Assembly (NCBI RefSeq): GCF_018350175.1
Contig: NC_058373.1
Location: 109,866,001 to 109,930,000, forward strand
DNA: 64,000 nucleotides
Origin: Felis catus
Lineage: Eukaryota
Direction of reading: 5' to 3'
Part shown: one piece after another, positions 28,365-38,807 of the stretch
Layout: each line of letters opens with the position of its first letter
Numbering within the stretch: the first letter of the stretch is position 1
Notes under the pieces: model-generated
Told to the model about the DNA's origin: nothing
What the model saw: only the letters and a program-made list of their open reading frames with translations
Databases searched by the model: none
Program-made: the position numbers and the translations under genes

Positions 28365-28615
28365 GGCTTGGCGGGACACTGATTGCGGTCGTTCCCGGGC
28401 GGCTGGGGGCCTGCAGACGCCCCAGGCTGCGGCTCTCGGCGCCGGGCGTCTCCGGCTAGGGGCGCCTCCGCCTTCTCATCCTCCCTCGGATCGGTGCCGG
28501 GAGCGGCGGAGCGACGAGGCAGCGCTTCCACCCCGCACAGCCGCTGGAAACGGGCCACTTTCTGCGGCTCCTGCAGACGGCGAGCCAGCTGGGCCAGGCG
28601 CTGCCTCAGCGACAT
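27905..28615 (-). CDS. SGPP1: Sphingosine-1-phosphate phosphatase 1, coding exon 1 (237 codons, [10 protein letters not shown]...LTYGRWQ)
   Basis: ATG at 28615 in context gttATCATGTCG. The translation matches SGPP1 as I recall it, including [13 protein letters not shown]2 motif C1 KDIIRWPRP and C2 SMPSTHAM. It ends at a phase-0 donor CAG|GTAAG (GT at 27904-27903). Confidence 0.97.
28337..28363 (-). repeat. (GGC)9 coding trinucleotide repeat encoding Gly9 in SGPP1
   Basis: Nine uninterrupted GCC units on the + strand; protein context [15 protein letters not shown]. Confidence 0.95.
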
Positions 28616-30129
28616 GATAACGGGACCCTGGCGGCCCGCAGACGGGAGGACGTCGGCGGCGGGAAGGCGGGCCGGACCCTGGCGCAGCCCGGAATCGTCC
28701 CCGCGCACCTGGCCAGCGGCAGCAGCGCCTAGCCGGACCCGCTCGGCTCTGCCCGGTGACGGCGCCACAGGCCGCAGCAGCCGCCGCCGCGCGCCTCCGC
28801 CCCGCGCGCCCCTCCCAGGCCGCGCGCGCTCCGCCACCGCCCGCGGCCTCCACGCGCCGGCGCGCGCAGCGCCCAGCCCCGCCCCCCACTGCCGCGCAGG
28901 GAGGGCGCCTGGCCGCGCGCGGCCGCCTCGAGCGCATCCGGCGGCATGGGGGTGCTGAGGCTCAGCGGGATGGCTGCGTTGAGGTTCGCCTTGACACCCG
29001 CCAGGCGTCGCGGCGCTGGGCGGGCGGACCTTGTCCGCCCCCTTCTCCAACTTCAGCCCTCGTTTCCCTCCGGCTGATGCTGCCGGCTTGCCTCTGACCA
29101 CCGTTGGTTCGGAGAGGCCACGACCCTGGGGGCCGGCGTCCGAGGTGCGAGTGGCCAAGCACCCGGACATCCTGCTGGCACAGAACCAAGTGTTTAATGG
29201 TGAATGAAGGCGAAATAACCACCATAGGCCCGGAATCGTTCGACTCAAGTAATCACAAGTAATTACAGAGCTGTTTCTGACGGCTCATGTCCTGAAAGCC
29301 ACGTGCCAATTGACCAGTGGTGGCAAGATTAGATGTAGATCCCAGGACAGTACTGCGCCATTGATCAAATAAGTTAAGAGATCACAGTTATCTTGACTTA
29401 AATGTAGTATTTTAATAAATTCTAATAGCTAGGTGGGGTTGCACAGAAGAAATTAATTGATTCCTGGATGCAGGCTGTAGATTTTTTGAGCTTGATGAGG
29501 CTGATTTGGAGGCTTAACTTCCATATCAGGAAATTTACAAACTTGACTTCTAGAAAATACAGTTTTTATTAGAAAGTCTCTGAACTTTTTTTTTAATATT
29601 TATTTTTGAGAGAGAGAGAAAGAACACAAATGGGGGAGGGGCAGAGAGAGAGGGAGATAACAGAATTTGAAGCAGGCTCCTGGCTCTGAGCTGTCAGCAC
29701 AGAGCCCCAGGTGGGGCTCCAACCCACCACCAATGATATCATGACCTGAGCCAAAGTTGGACTAGCCACCCAGGTGCCCCAGAGATTCTCTGAACTCTTA
29801 ATTCCAAGAAGCTACTTCAAGTAAGGTGGATGTCAGTAATTAAGGAATTTGAACCTCTTCCAAGAAAGTTGGGAAATTTCCCCTACCTGTGTCGTTAGCA
29901 GTATTTCCTTCATTTCCTAGGGAAATTATTCTCTTCCTCCCACTTCACTTGCTACGCTATAGCCATAGGAAGATAAATAAATCATCATCTCTGTCTTAAA
30001 GTTGCTCACAGTATAAATGGAAAATGCTAAAATGGAGATAAACAACATGCTCTGGAACGGAGAAGAAACAAGTTGACTAGGGACAACAAGCCAGGTAAGA
30101 AGTGATCCAAAGAGCATGATGAGAGTAGG

Positions 30130-30540
30130 TGGAGAAACTCATCTTAGGAAAGACAGAAAATGAAGAAAGATGGGATAGGAATGTGCAAAGATGTATTTGA
30201 TAAACAGTAGCTCATAGAATACACAGTAGGAGGAGTAAGTGGTTGGAATGGGGTTAGAAAGAGGGGATGGGACCAGATTGTAAAGCCCTTGAATGCCAAG
30301 CTGGAGATTTTATTTGTAGGCAGTGGAGAGCCATGGAGGTCTTTTAACCTAGGGAGTGACACCATCAGGACTGCTTTAGAAAGATAACTGAGAAGGAAAT
30401 CGAAGGTAAATTGCCAGAGGTCAGAGAGCAAAGGCTAGGTAAATAATTAGAAGATGATTGCAGTAGTCAGGTGAGAGGGAATGGGGGCAGGAACTTGGAC
30501 TGTGGTTCTGGGAATCAGAAGGAAGAGATTTGGAAAGGAT
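30130..30540 (-). mobile_element. L2 relic (similar relics near 6900-7480, 9290-9940, 15860-16800, 46650-46800 and 48000-49100)
   Basis: gaccagattgtaaagcccttgaatgccaagct...gtaggcagtggagagccatggagg...gctttagaaagataact is typical L2 3' region. Confidence 0.75.
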
Positions 30541-32199
30541 TTTGGAACTAGGAAAAAGTTAAAGCATTTCATTTGAATTCATAGGTCTGCAGGCAAATAA
30601 TTGTCCGTCCTTGATTAGAACTCATTGTGTCTAATATTGAGGCATTTATAATCTACTGAGGGAGACAAAACATGAGAGTATATTCAAAGACATAAAGCCA
30701 GACATACCAAACGGATCAAAGAAATCAGACACAAGCAATCACTTCATGGAGTAAGCAGAGAGGTGGCATTAGGTTATCTATGAATGGTCCTGTGAAATGG
30801 ATGATTAGCTGGCATTTGAAAACAAGGAGCAACTTGTACAAAGGTGGGAGGAGCCTGGTTTCTGTCAAAATCATTTGTTTATAAAGGCTGAATTTTTTTT
30901 TGAGAGAGTGAGAGTGAGAGAGAGAGAGAGAGAGAGAGCAGGTACGAGCAGGGGAGAAGGACAGAAGGAGAGAATCTCAAGCACGCTCCAAGCTCAGTGT
31001 GGATCCCACAACCCTGGGATCACAACTTGAGCGAGCCAAAATCAAGAGACGCTCAACTGACTGAGCCACTCAGGTGCCCCTTGTTCAGATAAAGAATTAT
31101 TCGGATTCATTCAAGGAATTTCCAGTTCTGGGGACTAATTAGTCTAAAGAGAGCAGAGAAAGAGGAAAACATAAAACAAAGTAGGAGGTGATATTTATAT
31201 CCTATGGCTAAAATATGACTTGATCACTGGCATATTTTGTCAGAATGTAATATCCTCTTTAAAAGAGAATAAAGAGGGGCACCTGGGTGGCTCAGTTGGC
31301 TAAGCGTCCGACTTCAGCTCAGGTCATGATCTCATGGCTCATGAGTTCGAGTCCACATTGGACTCTGTGCTGACAGCTCAGAGCCTAGAGCCTGCCTTGG
31401 GTTCTGTGTCTGCCTCTCTCTCTGCCTCACCCCCCCTCCCTGCCCTGCTTGCATTCTATGTGTGTGTGTGTGTCTTTCTCTCTCTAAAAATAAACATTAA
31501 AAAACATTTTTTTAAGACAATACAGAGACAAAGATGATGGGGAGGTGGGAATTTGGCCTCTGACTGCACTGAAGAGGAAAAGAATGCAAGTCAAAAGACA
31601 AAACTTGAAAAGGCTGACAGTGTCCTGCTGCTGCTGTAAATCTGTTAATGATAAGGACAAGGCCAAAAGCACCAAAGCACCATGATGAAAAGAATAGTTC
31701 TGGTGGATTCAGTTTACACTCACTCTGATACTTTTCATCTTGAAACTTAACAGAAATTGAACCATATCAAAAGATTCAAATATAAACTTTCTGTGGCAAG
31801 CATTTTTTATAACAAAGCATAAACATTTTTTAAAAAGAAATACATTGCTACCAAGTAATGACATGATTATCTGGGTGTAATTCAGTGTCTTAGTTTATGT
31901 TGCATAATTAACATGTTAAATTTTGTTAGATCCTTCTCCGTACTTGAGTTTAACTTTATGTAATATTGAAATCTTTTTTGTGATACATGAACTATACAAA
32001 GGTAAAATATTGCTGTCATTTCTTTCATAAAAGTAGTAGGGAAACACAATATATAGGCTTAGCCTTGGTCATTTTGCCTTCCACAACTAATTTAAATAAA
32101 GTTGTATTTTGTCATATTGGGTTGAGATAAATCATTGATTGAACTAATTTTACAATGAAGTCAAAGAATTTTACCTTTAGAAATACGTCTTCTAAGTAA

Positions 32200-32420
32200 T
32201 GTATATTTAAAACTGTTATACCATATTGTATATTTGAAAGTTACTGAGATAATCTTAAAATCTCATCATAAGAAAAAAAATTATAACTATGTGAGTTGAT
32301 GGATGTTAACTAAAATTGTGGTTATCATTTTGTAATATATACATAAATCATTATGTTATACACTTCAAACTGATACAGACTTCTACGTCAATTATACAAT
32401 GAAACTAGGAGGGAAAAAAC
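32200..32420 (+). mobile_element. LINE-1 3' terminal fragment (L1MA9-like)
   Basis: tgtatatttgaaagttactgag...ataactatgtgag..gatggatgttaact...tcaattat, followed by an A-rich end. Confidence 0.75.
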
Positions 32421-35400
32421 TACATTACTTAATAAGAAAATGATAATACTTATTTTAAACTGAATATTTATTATAATTTTTTTGAGCCTGGAATATAACT
32501 TAATTTCTTATTCATTAAACTACAAAATTTATATATTGCAAGCTATTTAGCCTAAATTATTACTATCAACTATCACTAGAATAGTCTTGACATGTAGATG
32601 TCAGTACATAGTGCATTATGGGCATCAAAAATGGTGAATATGAATTTGTTATTTTTGAAATATTAAACCTATGTTTTTTTAAATTCTTTGCATAAATACC
32701 TACCGGTTTTATCCTGCATCTTTGATTAGTTTTATTTTCTAAAAAATAGGATTTCCTCTGAATTCTTGAAAAGATGCCTAGCATAGCACAAATATAAATA
32801 AAATGTGATAAACATAAAATTTGTAATTAACAGATAAGGAATTTTCTATGCTTTGTGTTTTCTATGCCCTAACATTTCAAATCACTTTTACCCAGAGTAA
32901 GATTCGAAGGAAGAAAACCTTACAGAAAATGATCTGAGAGTATTTTAGGCAAAAAAATATATGGCCTCTCACCCACTTTAATTCTAATCCATGCTGGCTG
33001 AGATGACCATGGAATTCTTTCCTTACCATATAGACCATTTATACACAGTTTTATTTTACCCCAAATTTATAGTACTTTTTTTTTAAACCATTTTTTTCTT
33101 CCTAAGAATTTCCCCCTTTGTTAATGTCTCTATCCAGTTCCAGTTTTCTTATTATTAAAATCTGGCTCTTGGCTTTTTCTTTTCTAGAAATGATTGGGAA
33201 TACACGTGTATACCCAACTCAGAAGATTTTTTTTTTTTTTAAATTCAAGACTTGAAACCTCCAACCACATCTGCCCATTCATCATTCCAGACATTTTGGT
33301 AGGTGTTGATTTGCCCCTAATATTTCTATGTTTGTAATATACTAAATGCTCCATTAATCGAAATGGTTAATTTAATTTTCTGAAGAACATAAATTGTTTT
33401 TATAAACTAGCCATTGGTAAAAGTATTTATAAAATATGTTTGGTAAATTTTCTTTTTGTTTTTCCTTTTTTTTTTTAATTGTGGTATATTTGACAACATT
33501 ATGTTAGCTTCAGATGTATCACTTGGTAATCCAACACTGGTATACATTGCAAAATAATCACCAAAATAAGTCTCTTTACCAGCTATTACCATACAAAGTT
33601 AATGCAGTATTATTGACTATATTCCCCATGCTGTCCATTATATCCCCATGACTTTTTTATTTTAGTCCTGAAAGTTTGTACCTCTTGATCCCTGTCACCC
33701 ATATCTCCCCCCAGCAACCTTCTTTCTTCTCTGGCACCCACCAGTCTGGTTTCTATATCTAGGAGTCTACGCTTTGTGTTGTTTTGTTTTTTAGGTTCCA
33801 CATACAAGTAAGATCGTGTAGTATTTACCTTTCTCTGTCTGACGTATTTCCTTTGCAAAGTACCCTCAAGGTCCATCCGTATTGTTGCAAATGGCATAAT
33901 TTCATTCTTTTTAATAGCCGAGTAGTATTCCATTATATTTATATGCCACATCTTTATACATTCATCCATCAATGGACACTTAGGTTGTTTCTATATCTTA
34001 GTTACTATAAATTAATGCTGCAACAAACATAAGGGTACGTATATCTTTTCCATTTAGTGTTTTCTTTCTCTTCAGACAGAAAACCCAGCGTGGAATTTCT
34101 TCATCATATGGCAGGCCTATTTTTAATTTTTTTAGGAATCTCCATACTGTTTTCCATAGTGGGTGCACAAATTTACATTCCCATCAACAGTCTACAAGAG
34201 TTTCTTTTTCTCTACATCCTCACCTAAACCTTTTATTTCTTGTCTTTTTTATAATATCTATTCTGACAGATGTGTGATGATATTTATTTACCTGATGATT
34301 GGTAATATTGAGCATCTTTTCATGTGCCTGTTGGTCTTCTATATGTCTTCTTTGGGAAAAAATGTGTATTCAGATCTTCTGCCCATTAAAAAAATTTTTT
34401 GTCATGAATTGTCTGAATTTTTAAGTATGTTTTGGATATTAACCCCTTATCAGATATATGATTTGAAAATATCTTCTCCCATTTGATAGGTTTACTTTTT
34501 CTTTTGCTGATGGTTTCCTTCGCTGTGCGGAAACTTTTCAGTTTGGTGTAGTCCAACTTGTTTATTTTTGCTTTTGGAGCCAGTTCTAAAAAAAAAAAAA
34601 AAAAAATCACTAATACTGATGTCAAGGAGCCTACTGCCTGTTTTCTTCTGGGAGTTTTATGGTTTCATGTCTTAACATTCAAATCTTTAATCCATATTGA
34701 GTTAATGTTTATAAACGGTACAAGATAGTGGTCCAGTTTCATTCTTTTACATGTAGCTGTCCAGTCTGCACAACATTTATTAAAGAGTCTATCCTTTCTC
34801 TTTTGTATGGTCTTGCCTCCTTTGTCATAAATTAATTGGCCATATATGTGTGGGTTTATTTCTGAGCTCTCTTTCCTAATGCATTGATCTATGTGTCTGC
34901 TTTTATGCCAATACCATACTATTTTGATTGCTGTGGTGTTGTAGTATCATTTGAAATCAGGGAGTGGGATACCTCTGACTTTGTTCTTTCTCAAGATTAT
35001 TTTGGCTATTCAGGATCTTTTGTGATTCTGTATAAATTTTAGGATTGTTTGTTTCTAGTCCTGTAAAAACTGCCATTGGAATTTTGATGAGGTTTGCATT
35101 GAATCTGTAGATTCCTTTGGGTAGTATGGACATTTAACAATATTTATACTTCCAATCCATGTGCATGGAATAGCTTCCCATTTATTTGTAACTTCTTGAA
35201 TTTCTTTCAAGTCATATTTTTCAGTGTACAGGTCTTTTACTCCTTGGTTAAATTTATTCCTAGGTATTTTATTCTTTCTGATGCAGTTGTAAATGGGATT
35301 GTTTTCTTGATTTCTCTCTCTCTTTTTTAAATGTTTATTTTTGAGAGAGAGTGCAAGCAGGAGAGGGGCAGAGAAAGAGGGAGACAGAGGATCTAAGTGA

Positions 35401-35536
35401 GCTCTGTGACAACAGCAAAGAGCCTGATGTGGGGCTCGAACTCACAAACCGTGAGATCTTAACCTGAGCCGAAGTCACTTAACTGACTGAGCCACCCAGG
35501 TGCCTCTCTGTCTCTTTTTTTAAATGTTTATTTATT

Positions 35537-35539
<3 letters not shown>

Positions 35540-35587
<48 letters not shown>
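35540..35587 (+). repeat. (GA)24 microsatellite expanded from a SINE CT tract
   Basis: Read directly; a similar (GA)23 lies at 43574-43619. Confidence 0.95.
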
Positions 35588-35590
<3 letters not shown>

Positions 35591-37254
35591 AAGAGCACAA
35601 GCAGGGGAGGGGCAGAGAGAGAGGGACAGAGGATCCAAAGCAGGCTCCTCACTGATAGCAGAGAGCCTGATGCAGGGCTCAAACCCCTGAGTCTTTAGAT
35701 CATGACCTGAGCCGAAGTCAGGTGCTTAACCAACTGAGCCACCCAGGCACCCCTTGATTTCTCTTTCTGATAGTCCATTATTAGTGTATAGAAATGCAAG
35801 AGATTTTTGTATATTAATTTTGTATCCTGCAACCTCACTGAAGTCATTAATTATTCCTAGCGGCTTTTTGATAGTGTCTTTAGGGTTTTCTATATATAGT
35901 ATTATGTCATCTGCAAATAGTGACAGTTTTACTTCTTCCTTTTTGTATGCCTTTTATTTCTTTTCTTGCCTAATTGCTGTGGGTAGGGCTGCAAATACTA
36001 TGTTGAATAAGATTGGGGAGAGGGGCACCTGACTGGCTCTATCAGAAGAGCATGTGACTCTTGATCTCGGGATTGTGAGTCTGAGCTCCAATTGGGTGTA
36101 GAGATTACTTAAAAATTAAAAAGTGGGGAGGGGCACCTGGGGGGCTCAGTCAGTTGAGCCTCTGACTTTGGCTCAGGTCATGATCTCATGGTTTGTGAGT
36201 TTGAGCCCTGTGTCAGGCTTTGTGCTGACAGCTCAGAGCCTGGAGCCTGCTTTGGATTCTGTGTCTCCCTCTCTGTGTGCCCCTCCCCCGCTCACGTTCT
36301 GTCTCTCTCTCTCAAAAGTAAATAAACATTAAAAAAAATTTTTTAATTAAAAAGTGGGGAGAGTGGGCATTCTTGTTTTATTTCTCATCTTAAAGGAGAA
36401 AGCTTTCACTTTTTTACCATTAAGTGTAATATTACCTATGTATTTGTCATATATGGTCTTTATTAGGTCAAGTATACTGATTTTGTTGAGTTTTTTGATT
36501 CATAAATGAAGGCTGAATTTTGTCAAATGCTTTCTCAACATTTATTGAGATGATTATATGATTTTAATCTTTCATTTATTCTTATTTTTTATCTTTTTAA
36601 ATGTTTATTTGGGCCACCTGGGTGGCTCAGTGGGTTGAATGTTCAACTTCAGCTGAGGTCATGATCTCACAGTTCATGATTTCAATGCTGTCAGAGCAGA
36701 GCCTGCTTCAGATCCTCTGTCCATCTATCTCTCTGCCCCTCCCCTGCTCATACTCACTCTCTCAAAAATAAATAAAACATTTTTTAAAAAACACTCTAAA
36801 TATTTATTTATTTTGAGAGAGAGAGAGAGTGTGTGAGCCAGAGAGGGGCAGAAAGAGAGAATCCCAAGTAGACTCCATGAGAATCCCAAACCCAACATGA
36901 GGCTTGATCCCACGACTGTGAGATCATGACCTGTGCCAGAATCAAGAGTTGGATGCTAAACCAACTGAGCCACCCATGTGCCCCAAAAGCTGATGTTTTC
37001 TTGTTGATTTCCTATCTATATAATTTATCCATTGATGTAAGTGGAGTGTGAAGGTCCTCTATTATTACTGTGTTGTCGTCAATTTCTCCCTTTTTGGTCC
37101 ATTAATATTTGCTTTATATATTTTAGTGCTCCTATATTGGCTGCATATGTACTTATAAATGTTATATCTTTTTGCTAGATTGACCCTTTTATTATTATAT
37201 AGTGTCCCTCCTTATCTTTTATTACAATCTTTGCTTTAAAGTCTATTTTGTCTG

Positions 37255-37362
37255 GGGGCACCTGGCTGGCTCAGTCAGTGGAGCATGTGACGCTTGATCT
37301 CAGGGTCATGAGTTCAAGCCCCCTGTTGGGCGTGGAGCCTACTTTAAAAATAAATAAATAAA
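37255..37362 (+). mobile_element. Short tRNA-Lys-like Can-SINE lacking the CT-rich region (similar copies near 2350-2463, 20010-20130, 36021-36118, 38462-38605 and 56010-56150)
   Basis: The body closely follows tRNA-Lys(CTT), then TGGAGCCTACTT and an (AAAT)n tail. Perfect 18-bp TSD taaagtctattttgtctg at 37237-37254 and 37363-37380. Confidence 0.88.
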
Positions 37363-38732
37363 TAAAGTCTATTTTGTCTGATACAAGAATAGCTGTACTA
37401 GTTTTCTTTTTGTTTCCGTTAGCATGGAATATCTTTTTCTATCCCTTCACTTTCAGTCTGTGTGTATTTTTACTTCTGAAGTGAGTCTCTTCTCAGCAGT
37501 ATATAGATGTGTCTTGTTTCTTTATTCATTCAGCCACCCATTCATTTTGAGTGGAGAACTTGATCCAATTACATTTAAAGTGATTATTGATAGGTATGTA
37601 TTGCCATTTTTTTTTTTCTGGCTGTTTTTATAGTTCCTCTCAGTCCCTTTCTTTGTCTCTTTCTTCCCTTGTGGTTTGATAACTTTCTTCAGTGTTATGT
37701 TTAGTTTACTTTCTCATTTTCTTTGGTGTATTTTCTATAAGTTTTTGTTTCATGTTTACTGTGAGGGTTTTTTTTTTTATTTTTATTTTTTAATGTTTAT
37801 TTATTTTTGAGAGAGAGAGAGGGAAACACAGAATCTGAAGCAGGCTCCAGGCTCTGAGCTGTCAGCACAGAGCCCGACGCGGGGCTCGAGCTCACAGACC
37901 GTGAGATCATGACCTGAGCTGAAGTCGGACGCTTACCAACTGAGCCACCCAGGTGCCCCATGGGTAAATTTGAACACTTTCTAAAACTACAAGTTTACTC
38001 TCTTCCCCTCAACATTTTGTTTTTGACATTGCATTTTACATCTTTGTATCTTATGTATCCTTTAACTATTGTAGTTTAATTTTACTACTTTCTTTTTATT
38101 TTTAATTTTTTTTTATTTTAGGGAGAGAGTGTGCAAATGAAGGAGAGGGGCAGGGGAGAGAGAATCTTAAGCAGGCTCCGTGCTGAGCATGGAGTAGGCT
38201 CAGCATGGAGCCTGACACAGCACTTGATCCCATGACCCTGGGATCATGACCTGAGCCAAAATCAAGATGCTAGATGCCTGATGCTCAACTGAGCTACCCA
38301 GGTGCCCCACCAGTTTTGTCTTTTAACCTTCATAGTCACTTTATAAGTATTTAATCCACTACCTTGTATGTATTTGCCTTCTACAGTGAGATTTTTACTT
38401 TCCTATGTTTTCTTGTATTAATTAGTGCTACTTCTTTTCAGATTAAAGAAATCTCCTTAATGGGGCACCTGGGTATCTCAGTTGGTTAAGCTTCTGACTC
38501 TTGATCTCAGCTTAGGTCTTGATCTCAGGATCATGAGTTCAAGCCCCATGTTGGGCTCTGTGTTGGGCTCTGTGTTAAGCCTACTTAAAAAAAAAAAAAA
38601 AAAAAATGAAGGGCACCTGAGTGGCCAGTTAGGCATTTGACTTCAGCTCAGTTCATGATCTCATGGTTCGTGGGTTCAAGCCCTGCATCAGGTGCAGTGC
38701 TGACAGCTTAGAGCCTGGAGCCTGCTTTGGAT

Positions 38733-38773
<41 letters not shown>

Positions 38774-38776
38774 GTC

Positions 38777-38807
<31 letters not shown>

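Larger units (their letters stand above)
27760..29260. promoter_or_regulatory. CpG island / TATA-less promoter and 5' UTR of SGPP1
   Basis: About 1.5 kb of very GC- and CpG-rich sequence against an AT-rich background, covering exon 1 and its upstream region. Perfect GC box GCCCCGCCCC at 28876-28885 and GCGC-rich runs. The TSS cannot be placed from sequence alone. Confidence 0.92.

Noticed and set aside
27861..29225. Several overlapping Arg/Ala/Gly-rich ORFs on both strands (67-191 aa)
   Set aside because: Shadow frames of a stop-poor CpG island with no recognisable domains.
27752..29248. 498-aa ORF taken as a single-exon protein
   Set aside because: Only 28615-27905 matches SGPP1. The start is a non-ATG codon in promoter DNA, and the C-terminal part is read-through of the intron 1 donor.
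31682..31728. Box C (ATGATGA) / box D (CTGA) snoRNA
   Set aside because: The boxes are too close, there is no terminal stem, and it is not in an evident host intron.
37255..37335. tRNA-Lys gene (and similar tRNA-like hits in other SINE heads)
   Set aside because: It has the SINE GGGGCACC leader, an A-rich tail, a TSD and a disrupted anticodon arm, so it is a tRNA-derived SINE.
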